Assembly (NCBI GenBank): GCA_002071485.1
Contig: MWFF01000127.1
Coordinates: 310 to 64,309, forward strand
DNA length: 64,000 nucleotides
Direction of reading: 5' to 3'
From: Verrucomicrobia bacterium ADurb.Bin006
GTDB taxonomy: Bacteria > Verrucomicrobiota > Verrucomicrobiia > Limisphaerales > J093
Position numbers and translations under genes: made by a program. The notes under the pieces were generated by a model, which saw only the letters and a list, made by a program, of their open reading frames with translations, was not told the origin of the DNA and did not search any database. This document shows positions 8,309 through 18,075 of this stretch, in pieces (position 1 is the first letter of the stretch; the number at the start of each line of letters is the position of its first letter).

Positions 8309-9313
8309 TCACCGTAATGCGCGTTCGATATCTGCCACGATCCGCTGAGCCTTCTCGTCCGTGGCCATCTGCTGACGCCAGCGCGACACCTGCTGGCTGA
8401 CGGCAGCGCCCGTTCCGACACCCAGGCAGCCGGCAATATCCCTCTGCGTCAAGCCGGCAAATCGCTGCAGCGCCCAGGCAGCGACCCCGCGCAAGACGGA
8501 GTTCCTCCTTCGCTCGGCGAACCGACCCGGTTCGACACCCAAGACCTGTGCGACTCGCTTGATAACCAATGACGCATCCTGTGTCGACTCGGTACGGCGA
8601 AAGGAAACGTCCTCCCGTCGGAAAGCCCGGGCCATAAGACTTCGATGCCGACTTTCTACGGACGCGTTAAACAGCTCCGATCCAACACTGAGCTTGGCCC
8701 GACGGTACAAGAGCGCGAATGTGGCGTCGTCCTCGACCAGGCCTGTTTCGACGAAGGACTGATAGACTTCTGCGGCCTCTGACATCCTGTCTCCGGAGAC
8801 CAGGGCGAGAATCGGTCCCTGGTCGAGGACAGACCAGGGATCCTCGAGTCCGACGTAGCTCCGATAACTGCTCCAGGGATACGCCCTCAAGGCCTCCAGC
8901 TTTGCCTGGATTGAAATCCCCAGCCATCGCTTGCCACTTACGGGATTGAGGTGGATGTAGCGGCTCAACCTCAACAGATATTCATTCCCCTCAACGAGCT
9001 GGGCCTTAAATCGCCCTTGTGTGAGGTGCCCAACTCGATGGTAACGCAAGTTGAAGTAGACCGCATACGCGGTGAGAAGGCGCCCCATAAAACGGCTCAG
9101 ATTCGCTCTCGGCGTGCCGATCAAAAGATGAACGTGATTCGGCATGAGGCATACCAGAAGCACTCGAACTGGATGCCCATCAACTGTCTCTTTTAACTGC
9201 CTGAGGAATCGTCGCCGATCCGTGTCATCGCGGAAAATGACGCGTCGCTCATTCCCGCGGAAACAGACGTGGTATACCCCTCCTTCAAGCAGGACCCTCA
9301 AAGGCCTTGCCAT
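8309..9313 (-). CDS. IS200/IS605-type Y1 (HUH) transposase-family protein with a C-terminal DnaA-domain-IV-like HTH; solo copy
   Basis: From the ATG at 9313: MARPLRVLLEGGVYHVCFRGNERRVIF..., HUH motif MPNHVHLLI, catalytic-Tyr region LSRYIHLNPV. The C-terminus VIKRVAQVLGVEPGRFAERRRNSVLRGVAAWALQRFAGLTQRDIAGCLGVGTGAAVSQQV resembles the DnaA C-terminal HTH. Confidence 0.8.
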   Translation of the reverse strand: MARPLRVLLEGGVYHVCFRGNERRVIFRDDTDRRRFLRQLKETVDGHPVRVLLVCLMPNHVHLLIGTPRANLSRFMGRLLTAYAVYFNLRYHRVGHLTQGRFKAQLVEGNEYLLRLSRYIHLNPVSGKRWLGISIQAKLEALRAYPWSSYRSYVGLEDPWSVLDQGPILALVSGDRMSEAAEVYQSFVETGLVEDDATFALLYRRAKLSVGSELFNASVESRHRSLMARAFRREDVSFRRTESTQDASLVIKRVAQVLGVEPGRFAERRRNSVLRGVAAWALQRFAGLTQRDIAGCLGVGTGAAVSQQVSRWRQQMATDEKAQRIVADIERALR

Positions 9314-9405
9314 GAGCCCAACGTCGCACGGTGCTGGCCTGTCGTCAACGCGTGGATTGCTGGCGTTCCGCAAACTTCTAACTTAAGGGCTGACCCTGCC
9401 GCGCT

Positions 9406-10197
9406 TCAGCGCAGCATGCTGGCGCGCTCGTTGATCCAGGGAACGTCGCGGGGCGCGATGTAGGCCCCGGACCAATTCTTGGTTATGGTCGCGGGATCCA
9501 TCCATCGTTTGATCTCGGCATGGCCGTCGGCAAAGCTCAGTCCGCTGGCCTGGTTGTGGTAGATCGCCGGCAGATTGCCCCATTGGTTGGGGCTGTCGAC
9601 CATGACCAGAAAATAGCCGTCGTCCACGCTCTCCTCCCGCTCGTCAATGAACACGAACTGAGTCGAGGGCTTGGTGATTTCGCTGAGCTTCTGGTAGGTC
9701 CACCACTTGTTCTTGATGATGTCTGTGTGCCAACTGCTGCCGTTCATGCAGCCGTTCATCGAGATGCTCCGGGTGCGCGGATACTTCTTGCCGCTGATCA
9801 CGACCAAGAACTTGTCGGCGGGGCACTTGTAGATGCCGAGCGACTGATTGTAGGGATAGAGCTTGCCGTGGGGCGGCATTAGGAGATTGATGTTCGTGCA
9901 GTCCCGAATGTTGATCGGGTTGCTGACGCTGATCCACCCTCCCACCCAGCCGTCCTCGGTGCCGTCGCCGTTGGCCACCAGATTGTCCTGATAGTCGTTG
10001 GCATACATCGTCCAGGCCAGACTGAGTTGCTTGCCGTTGTTGATGCAGCCGATGGCCGTCGCCTTGGTCTTGGCGCGGGACAACGCAGGCAAAAGCATGC
10101 CGGCGAGAATCGCGATGATCGCAATCACCACCAGCAACTCGATGAGCGTGAACCCAGCCTGACGCTCTTCAGCGGATCGACTGTACATTGCCTTCAT
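9406..10197 (-). CDS. Prepilin-type N-terminal cleavage/methylation domain protein (DUF1559 / H-X9-DG class)
   Basis: [46 protein letters not shown]..., with C-terminal ...[14 protein letters not shown]. Confidence 0.85.
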   Translation of the reverse strand: MKAMYSRSAEERQAGFTLIELLVVIAIIAILAGMLLPALSRAKTKATAIGCINNGKQLSLAWTMYANDYQDNLVANGDGTEDGWVGGWISVSNPINIRDCTNINLLMPPHGKLYPYNQSLGIYKCPADKFLVVISGKKYPRTRSISMNGCMNGSSWHTDIIKNKWWTYQKLSEITKPSTQFVFIDEREESVDDGYFLVMVDSPNQWGNLPAIYHNQASGLSFADGHAEIKRWMDPATITKNWSGAYIAPRDVPWINERASMLR

Positions 10198-10426
10198 AGG
10201 TCGCTCGTCTTCACCTGTAGGCCGCTCCGCCACACCCCGCCTTGCCGAATCCCCTGCACGGCCGACGGCACTTCACACGCGGACATTGCCGAACACAAGG
10301 CGAACCGTAGACTCGAACCCGCGGATGCTCAAGGCCTAATCGCTGCCAAACTCTGTCGCCGGGAGATTCACCCGCCTCATGCGCCTGAGATCCTTGGCTG
10401 TCGATCGCCGATCGCCAACACCCGCT

Positions 10427-10749
10427 CGGCGCATCTGATTGTTGTCGGTGTTCTGTCGCCTGGTGAAGGCGCCGGACCGACAACGGATGGAGATTGCCGA
10501 AGGGGCGACGCCTGCCTGCCGCCCGCCAGACAGCGTCTGCAACTCGCATCGCCGTGGACGAGGACGTCCCCACTCCAGCGCCTTCGTGTCCTCGAATAGA
10601 GCACGCGAGATCGCGTGCTCTGCCTGCGCCGCAAAGGGCAGCGGCCTGTCTGCCGTGTCGGGCACGGCACAGGCAGGCGCGGCAGGCAGGCCCCACGCGG
10701 CGCCTGCTCGATTCCCACCGATAACCTTCAGATGCACTGACACCCGCCG
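10427..10749 (-). mobile_element. Foldback MITE, copy A (inverted relative to B and C; carries a ~115-bp internal insertion)
   Basis: Plus-strand ends are CGGCGCATCTG (10427-10437) and CAGATGCACTG (10739-10749). The core is homologous to copies B and C. It is flanked by ACACCCGCT (10418-10426) and ACACCCGCC (10750-10758), matching 8/9. Confidence 0.65.
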
Positions 10750-10821
10750 GTCGGATGCAGGCCCGCTTGACGCTCCGGGCACCGTCCGCTACGTTTCGGC
10801 GCAAGGTCCGACGTTTTGACT

Positions 10822-11463
10822 ATGAACAGTTTCCTGATTCCAATGGTGGTCGAGCAGACCGGTCGAGGCGAGCGGGGTTACGACATTTACTCCCGCCTGT
10901 TGGTTGACCGGATCATTTTTCTCGGCACACCGGTGGACGACATGGTGGCCAATGTGGTCATTGCCCAGTTCCTTTTCCTCCAGATGAATGACCCGAAGAA
11001 GGACATTCATCTGTACATCCATTCCCCGGGCGGCAGCGTGACGGCAGGCTTGGCGATTTACGACACCATGCAGTTCCTGACGTGCGATGTGAACACGTAC
11101 TGCATCGGCCAGGCAGCCAGCATGGGCGCTGTCCTGCTGGGTGCAGGCACCAAGGGCAAACGTTACGCCCTCCCCAACGCCCGCATCATGATCCACCAAC
11201 CGTGGGGTGGCGTCCAGGGCCAGGCCACAGACATCAGCATCCAGGCCAAGGAGATTCTCCGCCTCAAAGACCGGCTCAACGAGATTCTCGCCCACCATTG
11301 CGGCCAGAGCATCGAGTCCATCGCCCGCGACACGGACCGCGACCGGTTCATGTCGGCCGACGAGGCCAAGGGCTACGGATTGGTCGACGAGGTGGTCAAA
11401 TCGCGCAAGGAAATCCCCTCCCTGGCGGAAGGCGCCAGCGCGCCTGCGCCCGCGGTCCAGTAA
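10822..11463 (+). CDS. clpP: ATP-dependent Clp protease proteolytic subunit
   Basis: [35 protein letters not shown]...[17 protein letters not shown]...GQAASMGA. The ORF-track start at 10816 is a TTG; the first ATG is at 10822. Confidence 0.95.
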   Translation: MNSFLIPMVVEQTGRGERGYDIYSRLLVDRIIFLGTPVDDMVANVVIAQFLFLQMNDPKKDIHLYIHSPGGSVTAGLAIYDTMQFLTCDVNTYCIGQAASMGAVLLGAGTKGKRYALPNARIMIHQPWGGVQGQATDISIQAKEILRLKDRLNEILAHHCGQSIESIARDTDRDRFMSADEAKGYGLVDEVVKSRKEIPSLAEGASAPAPAVQ

Positions 11464-11514
11464 ACGAGTTGGATTGAGAGAACTGCCAGATCACCCCAAA
11501 CACCGAATTCGCCC

Positions 11515-12795
11515 ATGTCGCGCCCGACACAACTGACGCTTTGCAGCTTCTGCGGCAAATCGCATGCGGAGGTGAAGAAGCTGATCCAAGGCCCGGGCGT
11601 TTTCATCTGCGACAGTTGCGTGCTGCTGTGCAAGAGCGTTCTGGACAAAGAACTGCGGACCGACTCACGGCATTCCCTCCAGGCGCTGAGCGTTCCGCGC
11701 CCGGCGGATCTCAAGGCGCTTCTGGATCAGTACTGCGTGGGGCAGGAACAGGCCAAAAAGACCCTCGCGGTGGCGGTGCACAACCACTACAAGCGGATTC
11801 AGAACCAGGTCAGGCCCCGGGGAGATGCCAAAGCCGCGTCTCCCCACGACGACGTCGAAATCGAGAAGAGCAACATCCTGCTCATCGGTCCCACAGGCTG
11901 CGGCAAGACGCTGCTGGCCCGATCGCTGGCGCGCGCCCTCAACGTCCCGTTCTCGATCGCCGATGCCACGACGCTGACCGAGGCCGGATATGTGGGCGAG
12001 GACGTCGAGAACATCGTCCTGCGCCTGCTCCAGAACTCGGACTACGACATCGAGCGCGCGCAGACCGGCATCATCTACATCGATGAGATCGATAAGATCG
12101 CGCGGAAGACGGAAAATGTCTCGATCACGCGCGACGTCTCCGGCGAGGGGGTCCAGCAGGCGCTGCTGAAGATTCTGGAAGGGACGGTCTGCAGCGTGCC
12201 CCCACAAGGCGGGCGCAAGCACCCCCAGCAGGAGTACATCCGGGTCGACACCACCAAGATCCTCTTCATTTGCGGCGGGGCGTTCGTCGGTCTGGACAAG
12301 ATCATCCACCGCAGACTGGGCAATCGCGTGATGGGGTTTGCCGCGGCGGAGCAGAATGCGGCGGGAAGGAACAGCCCGGCGCACAGCATCTGGAGACAGC
12401 TCGAGCCGGAGGACCTGCTGAGCTACGGCTTCATCCCCGAGTTTATCGGGCGCCTGCCTGTGGTCACGGTGCTTGATGAACTGAACGAGTCTCAACTCGT
12501 CTCGATCCTCACCGAACCCAAAAACGCCCTGACCAAGCAATTCGCCAAGCTGCTGGCGATGGAGAACGTCGAACTCGAATTCTCCCCCGACGCTCTCCAC
12601 GAGTTGGCCACCCAGGCCCTCCAGAAGGGCACCGGCGCCCGCGCCCTGCGCAGTCTGGTCGAGAAACTCATGCTCGACCTGATGTACGACATCCCAAGCG
12701 CCAACGATGTTGCCGGAGTGACGATCACCAGGGCCGTCGTACGGGGCGAATGCCCTCCCCTGCTCCACCGAAAGACCAATCGCCGGGCGGCCTAG
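11515..12795 (+). CDS. clpX: ATP-dependent Clp protease ATP-binding subunit ClpX
   Basis: Zn-finger [27 protein letters not shown], Walker [12 protein letters not shown], Walker [10 protein letters not shown]. Confidence 0.95.
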   Translation: MSRPTQLTLCSFCGKSHAEVKKLIQGPGVFICDSCVLLCKSVLDKELRTDSRHSLQALSVPRPADLKALLDQYCVGQEQAKKTLAVAVHNHYKRIQNQVRPRGDAKAASPHDDVEIEKSNILLIGPTGCGKTLLARSLARALNVPFSIADATTLTEAGYVGEDVENIVLRLLQNSDYDIERAQTGIIYIDEIDKIARKTENVSITRDVSGEGVQQALLKILEGTVCSVPPQGGRKHPQQEYIRVDTTKILFICGGAFVGLDKIIHRRLGNRVMGFAAAEQNAAGRNSPAHSIWRQLEPEDLLSYGFIPEFIGRLPVVTVLDELNESQLVSILTEPKNALTKQFAKLLAMENVELEFSPDALHELATQALQKGTGARALRSLVEKLMLDLMYDIPSANDVAGVTITRAVVRGECPPLLHRKTNRRAA

Positions 12796-12939
12796 CCCGC
12801 CTATTTCGCACCCCGATGGCGCACAGGGCACCGAGACTTCGCAATAGGACTGCTATGCAGGCCAGCCGAAATCTCAGTTGTTGAATACCCCGAATTGACT
12901 CATGATCCCGGTGTGATTTCGAGCAAGCCCCCTCTTCCG

Positions 12940-15900
12940 ATGGCGACCGAACTGCGCTGCTTCCTGGGACTCGCCCTGTGTCTTCTCGCGCCGCGTGCCG
13001 CTGCTTTCAACGGTCACGTAGCCTCCGACGGACCGCTCACCACCGTCATCGCGCCCCTGCCGCTGATCACGAATTACGACCAGGCCCAACCGGTCTGCAT
13101 AACGGTGTCCAACACAGGTCCACATTCGTTGACGGTATCGCTTGCCCTCGCGGGTCTGGTGGACGAATGCCGGGCCATTGGAGCGACTCAGAAGGTCCTC
13201 ACCGTCCCGGCACGAGACGTCGGCCACACCGAGTTCGCTCTGGCCGTGGGCGGGGGCGCCTACTCCGCCCTCTATCCGGTGCGAATCGACGCCGCCGCCA
13301 CAAACGGCGATCAGGCCCTTCGAACCAGCGCCGTGCGCATCTTCACAAACGATTTCTCGGCGCTCCCGCCACCCCTGGCGGCAACGTCCGCCATTCGGGT
13401 TCCCGACGCCGGCGCTGTGCTGCTGGCCGGCAAGAAGACTCAAGGTGTCGCCTGGCAGTCATTCGGCCAAGAGCGTCAGAACCTCGGTCCCGGATGGACC
13501 GGGAGCGAGTCGGACTCCGGAGTTTACGTCGCCTTCGGGCCGATGACTCGGGGTGAGTCCCGTCAGGCTATCCACGTCCACCCTCCCTGGCGACACGGTC
13601 CCGGGACGGTGTTCGTCACCTACCGTGTGGCCCTGCCGCAAACAGCCGCGCGCCTCGTCTTCTACCAGGCGATTCGCGATCACGCCGAACACGAACCGCC
13701 AAGCGACGGTGTAACGTTCCGCGTCCGGGCCAACGGCGAGCTTCTGTTCGAACGCCACTCTGACAGCAAGCTCTGGGTGGTTGGCGAGGTCGAACTCGCC
13801 CGTTTCCGCGGTCAGGAGATCGACCTCGAACTCGAGACGCATCCGGGGCCCAACCGCGACACCACCTGCGACTCCGCATTCTGGGGCGATCCCGTGATCG
13901 TGACGGGGCCAACGCCCGCCCGTTTATCACCCGCGGACCGGGAGGCACTGCGGGCGCTCGCACGCGAGACGGCCTCGTCCGGCAAGCCCGCGCAGGGTGT
14001 CCACCGCTTCGATCTCGGAGACGGTTGCCGCGCCGCCCTGGCGCTGGGGCCTCACGGGCTCGTAGACGGAACCCTTGCGTTCGGTGGCGAAGGTCGGGCT
14101 GTGGTCTTCGACACCGTGGAAATGCGGGTGCTGCATCTGCCGGTCGGCGGCTGGCCAGCGGGCGTTGTGGTGGATGAGGCAAACGTCTCGGAGACCGGCG
14201 GACGCGTTCGTGTCACGCACCGGATCGAGACCGCGGAAGGTCCTGGAAACCTCGAAGCCGAGGTATGGGCCCAAGGAGCAGGCCTGCGGATGCGAATCAC
14301 CTGCAACCGGCGTCTGACTGATCTCGCGCCCGGCCCGGCCGATCGGCTCGCCTCGCGCGTCTACTACGGACACGGCTACTGCATCGAGGAACCGAGCCCG
14401 TTCCGGGCTGGCGGCGGCGGTCATGATTTGGCGACGAGCCATGTCGGGTTTGAATTCGACAACGGAGTCTCGCTCCTGGTGGCGGCGGATACGCCCGTCG
14501 ACCACCTCGAAGTCGATCCCGCCCGCAGAATCTACGCTCTCCACACGCATCCCGATTCCACCTACACGTTTGTCCCGGGCCTGAAGGGCGCTTTCGATTG
14601 CGCCGTCCGATACCGCCCTCTCTACGACAAATCGCCGGCGCCCGCTGTCGCCCTCAAAGCGGGCCGCTACGTCTTCGACCTCTGGGGCGGACGGTATGCC
14701 GACGACGCCGCGAGGCTCGAACGCTGTTTTGCGTACGGCTTGACCAACTCGCTGGTGATCATGCATGTCTGGCAACGCTGGGGTTATGACTATCGTCTCC
14801 CCGACATCTTCCCGCCGCTGCCCAGCCTGGGCACGCTCGAGGACCTGCAAGGTCTCGGGCGCCTCTGCCGCCAACACGGCGTCCTCTGGGGCTTGCACGA
14901 CAACTACATCGATATCTATCCCGACAGCGAAGGTTTCAGCTACGACAACGTGACGTTCACTCCCGACGGCCAGCCCCGACGGGCCTGGTTCAACGAAGGC
15001 CGCAACGCCCAAAGCTACCAGTTCCGCCCCGACCGCGTGCAGCCGTTTCTTCGCCGCAATCTCGATCTGATCGAGCCGGCGCTCGAACCCACAAGCTATT
15101 TCGTGGACGTGTGGACATCGATGAACGCATTCGACTATCTCGATCGCCACGGTGCGTTTCACTCGAAGATCGAGACCCTGCGCTGTTGGGGCGAGGCCTT
15201 TGCCGCCATTCGACGCGCCTGCGGCGGCGGCCCCATGATCAGCGAGGCCGGCAGCGATCAGTTGATCGGATGGGTCGACGGCGCGGACTGCCAATTCCTC
15301 CATCTGAGCCCCGTGGGACGCCCTTTCAACAATCACGTCCCTTGCCGCGACTGGGCGCGTGTGCCGTGGTTCGACGCGGTCAACCATACCCGCTTGAGCC
15401 TGCACGGCGTTGGCTATCCGGGCCGTTACGAGGGTGGACGCGGACGATTGCTGCACGGCATCGCCAGCGACGACTATCTGAGCGCCGAGATTCTCACCGG
15501 GCACGCCCTGATGATCGATCTGACCAATCTGGGGCGCGAGGCGGTGCGGAAATACTGGTTGGCGCAACCCTTCATCGAGAGCATCGCATTGGATGAAATC
15601 GAACGGGTCGATTTCGCCGGCGGCGATATTCATCGCCTTGCGATCCGCTGGAGATCGGGCGCGCAGGTCTGGGTCAACAGGAGCTCCGACGACTGGGAGG
15701 TTGCCGGACACATCCTGCCGCCATTCGGATTCCATGCAACCAACGGACCGGTCTTTTCGGCCATCGAGCGCCTGGGCGGCCTGATTGTCGAACGCTCGAT
15801 GGGCGCCGGAACGCTTTATGTCAATGGCCGGGGTTACCGCCCGGACGCCCCGCTCCTCATACAGCCCGAATTCGCGGGCTTCACGCCCACTGGAGAACGG

Positions 15901-16584
15901 CAATTCCGATTGCAGGTCAATTGGCAGACTCAGAAGCCTGCCCCCCGCGATCTTCAGGTCTTCTACCACTTTTCGCGCCCCGTCCCCGGGCGCTATAGCC
16001 CAGCCGAATTCTATGGGGGCGGCACTCCCGCCACCCCGACTTCGCAGTGGCGCGACCGGGAGAGCACCGACTTCACGGTGCAGATCCCCGAGGACATGGA
16101 GCCGGGCGAATACACGGCGATGGTGGGCCTCTATAATCCCCGAGGCGAAGGCGGACGACGCTATCCTCTCCTCGGGGACGAGACCTCTGACCGGCGGTAT
16201 CGCGTGGGCAAACTGATCGTTTCGGGCTCATCGGGCAAGATGTCCGGCCTTCACTTCGAGCCCCTTTCGGAGCCGCATCGGCCCGACTTGCGCCTGGTCC
16301 CCAACGCAGACCCGACCGATTTCGGCGGGATTGTAACGTCTGGCGCGGTACGGGTCGCGCGGCAGGGAGGCCGTTTGCTGCTGATGCCGTTGCCTGAGGG
16401 CGAGGATCTCGAAGTCAGCCTTGTCCCGAGTCGTCTCCTCGATCGCCCGGTGCGCCCGACGACGTTGAAGGCCGTGGACGCGAACGGTGCCCGTGGCCGC
16501 GCGATTCCGTTTGTCCAGGAGGGCGAAACGATTCGATTCACTCTTCGCCGATCGGAATTCGGATGTGAGCTGAGTGTGGACTGA
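12940..16584 (+). CDS. Large secreted hypothetical protein (1214 aa); the central region is possibly a glycoside-hydrolase-like barrel
   Basis: First in-frame ATG of ORF 12895..16584. Signal peptide MATELRCFLGLALCLLAPRAAA. The central stretch ...VIMHVWQRWGYDYRLPDIFPP...LWGLHDNYIDIYPDS...YFVDVWTS...MISEAGSDQLIGWVDG... reminds me of GH101/GH129-type TIM barrels. That is from memory only. Confidence 0.75.
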   Translation: MATELRCFLGLALCLLAPRAAAFNGHVASDGPLTTVIAPLPLITNYDQAQPVCITVSNTGPHSLTVSLALAGLVDECRAIGATQKVLTVPARDVGHTEFALAVGGGAYSALYPVRIDAAATNGDQALRTSAVRIFTNDFSALPPPLAATSAIRVPDAGAVLLAGKKTQGVAWQSFGQERQNLGPGWTGSESDSGVYVAFGPMTRGESRQAIHVHPPWRHGPGTVFVTYRVALPQTAARLVFYQAIRDHAEHEPPSDGVTFRVRANGELLFERHSDSKLWVVGEVELARFRGQEIDLELETHPGPNRDTTCDSAFWGDPVIVTGPTPARLSPADREALRALARETASSGKPAQGVHRFDLGDGCRAALALGPHGLVDGTLAFGGEGRAVVFDTVEMRVLHLPVGGWPAGVVVDEANVSETGGRVRVTHRIETAEGPGNLEAEVWAQGAGLRMRITCNRRLTDLAPGPADRLASRVYYGHGYCIEEPSPFRAGGGGHDLATSHVGFEFDNGVSLLVAADTPVDHLEVDPARRIYALHTHPDSTYTFVPGLKGAFDCAVRYRPLYDKSPAPAVALKAGRYVFDLWGGRYADDAARLERCFAYGLTNSLVIMHVWQRWGYDYRLPDIFPPLPSLGTLEDLQGLGRLCRQHGVLWGLHDNYIDIYPDSEGFSYDNVTFTPDGQPRRAWFNEGRNAQSYQFRPDRVQPFLRRNLDLIEPALEPTSYFVDVWTSMNAFDYLDRHGAFHSKIETLRCWGEAFAAIRRACGGGPMISEAGSDQLIGWVDGADCQFLHLSPVGRPFNNHVPCRDWARVPWFDAVNHTRLSLHGVGYPGRYEGGRGRLLHGIASDDYLSAEILTGHALMIDLTNLGREAVRKYWLAQPFIESIALDEIERVDFAGGDIHRLAIRWRSGAQVWVNRSSDDWEVAGHILPPFGFHATNGPVFSAIERLGGLIVERSMGAGTLYVNGRGYRPDAPLLIQPEFAGFTPTGERQFRLQVNWQTQKPAPRDLQVFYHFSRPVPGRYSPAEFYGGGTPATPTSQWRDRESTDFTVQIPEDMEPGEYTAMVGLYNPRGEGGRRYPLLGDETSDRRYRVGKLIVSGSSGKMSGLHFEPLSEPHRPDLRLVPNADPTDFGGIVTSGAVRVARQGGRLLLMPLPEGEDLEVSLVPSRLLDRPVRPTTLKAVDANGARGRAIPFVQEGETIRFTLRRSEFGCELSVD

Positions 16585-16605
16585 GGACTGGTCGTTGGCT
16601 GATGT

Positions 16606-16760
16606 TGGCCGCGGCGGGGGCGCCATGCCTTCGCCCAGGAAGAAGCTCGGGTGCGGAGGTTGGTTGTACCCCACGTTCTGCCAGGCGATGCTCAGCCTGT
16701 ACCGCGCATCGAGCATCAACGTGCGAAGCAGGCTTCGGCAGGCAGGTCGGATGGGAGAGG
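16606..16760 (-). pseudogene. C-terminal remnant of a PL11-type (rhamnogalacturonan-lyase-like) gene
   Basis: The minus frame reads ...RSLLRTLMLDARYRLSIAWQNVGYNQPPHPSFFLGEGMAPPPRP. The AWQNV.YNQPPH..F.LG.GM tail is how I remember PL11 lyases ending. Nothing upstream of it is coding-like, and MITE copy B starts at 16834. Confidence 0.35.
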
Positions 16761-16833
16761 GCCGGGGTGAGCGGTCTGTGTAGGGTATCCAGCCGACTAG
16801 GCAATAACAGTCAACGCCCTGACAATTGAGGGT

Positions 16834-17029
16834 CAGTGCATCTGTAGCTTGTCGATGAGAATAAAGCTTGCGCCGCGTGGGGCCTGCCTGTGCCGTGCCC
16901 GACACGGCAAACAGGCCGCTGCGCTTTGCGGCGCAGGCAGGGCACCCGGCCTACAGCGGGAGTCTCCATCCGTTGCAGGCCCGGTGTCCTCATCGGGCGA
17001 CAGAATACCGACAACTGTCAGATGCACCG
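16834..17029 (+). mobile_element. Foldback MITE, copy B
   Basis: Termini CAGTGCATCTG (16834-16844) and CAGATGCACCG (17019-17029). The core GCCTGCCTGTGCCGTGCCCGACACGGCAAACAGGCCGCTGCGCTTTGCGGCGCAGGCAGGGC is shared with A and C. Flanks ATTGAGGGT / ATTGCAAGA match only 5/9. Confidence 0.65.
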
Positions 17030-17075
17030 ATTGCAAGACCCGCCTTTCTGAACTTGAGTGCCCGCCTCCGTTCGA

Positions 17076-17150
17076 CTAGTCTTGACCGGTGAAACACGTT
17101 GCAGACAAGTCAAGTCTCTGTGCAGCGTTAAACGGGTTGAGGATTCTACT
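17076..17150 (+). repeat. Structured repeat family 2, copy Z (core module only)
   Basis: CTTGACCGGTGAAACACGTTGCAGACAAGTCAAGTCTCTGTGCAGCGTTAAACGGGTTGAGGATTCTACT is near-identical to the reverse complement of 62334-62405 and related to 33266-33343. It ends 18 nt before the ATG at 17168. Confidence 0.6.
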
Positions 17151-17167
17151 CGGAATGGCATGACATT

Positions 17168-17992
17168 ATGCGCACTCACTCAGTCTCGCGTCGCTCGGGC
17201 AGTCGTCGGGAGTCCGCGTTCACCTTGATTGAACTCCTGGTTGTAATCGCCATCATCGCGATCCTCGCCGGCCTCCTGCTGCCGGCGCTTTCGAAGGCCA
17301 AACAGAAGGGCCAGGGCATCGCCTGCATGAACCACACCAAACAACTGGGGTTGGCCTGGATCATGTATGCCGATGAGAACAACGACAAACTGGTCATCAA
17401 CACCACCATCGACCTCACGCAAGCCAGTCGCACGAACAACTGGGTAGCGAACGTGATGGGGGCCAGCCCGCAGGAAGACACCAATACGGTTTATCTCACG
17501 CAGGGATTGCTGGCCCCCTACGTCGCCAAGGCGATCGGCATCTACCGCTGCCCCGCCGATCGCAGTCTGAGTGGCCCCCTCCCGGATGGCCGGCGCCTGC
17601 CGCGCGTCCGCAGCGTCTCCATGAACGCGTTCGTCGGGCCTTTCGACAAATCCAACCAACCCCTGATCTCGGGTTGGGCCCAGTTCATCCGAATGTCCGA
17701 CATGCCGAGTCCGTCGAGCATCTTCGTCCTCCTCGATGAGCATCCCAACTCGATCAACGACGGGTGGTATGTATTCTGCAACAACGGTCCCGACGGGAAC
17801 CTCTGGAGCGACATGCCAGCGAGCTATCACAATGGGGCGGCGGGTTTTGCTTTCGCCGACGGACATTCCGAGATCAAACGATGGCTGGCGGAGGTCACAA
17901 AGCGCGCCCGTTGGTCCGCTTGGCCGATTCCGACCGGCGCCGACCGCCGGGACTTCCTCTGGGTCTCCGAACGGGCGACGTTCCGGCGCTAG
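17168..17992 (+). CDS. Prepilin-type N-terminal cleavage/methylation domain protein (DUF1559 / H-X9-DG class), paralog 2
   Basis: [48 protein letters not shown]...[15 protein letters not shown]. Confidence 0.88.
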   Translation: MRTHSVSRRSGSRRESAFTLIELLVVIAIIAILAGLLLPALSKAKQKGQGIACMNHTKQLGLAWIMYADENNDKLVINTTIDLTQASRTNNWVANVMGASPQEDTNTVYLTQGLLAPYVAKAIGIYRCPADRSLSGPLPDGRRLPRVRSVSMNAFVGPFDKSNQPLISGWAQFIRMSDMPSPSSIFVLLDEHPNSINDGWYVFCNNGPDGNLWSDMPASYHNGAAGFAFADGHSEIKRWLAEVTKRARWSAWPIPTGADRRDFLWVSERATFRR

Positions 17993-18075
17993 CCCGCATA
18001 GTCGTCCTCTTGCGAAGTCTGACCGCTCCGTGCACGGACGGGGTCATCCGGGACGAACTCTTCGATGGCCCCGCC

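Noticed and set aside
10310-10325. GGTTCGAGTC (T-loop-like, minus strand), suggesting a tRNA or tRNA-derived att site next to MITE copy A.
   Set aside because: The flanking bases do not form a T-stem (GCGGG vs CTACG). No acceptor or anticodon arms can be drawn.
10427-10749. Idea that the GC-rich repeats are REP/BIME elements serviced by the Y1 transposase at 8309-9313.
   Set aside because: The repeats have ~25-bp terminal inverted repeats and 9-bp flanking duplications. Those are features of DDE-type transposition and not of Y1/HUH enzymes, which insert without target duplication.
16228-16905. Minus-strand ORF 16228..16905 (225 aa) as an intact gene.
   Set aside because: Only residues ~55-100 look like protein (the lyase tail). 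The N-terminal part is read from MITE copy B, and the C-terminal part is antisense to the 3' end of the 1214-aa gene.
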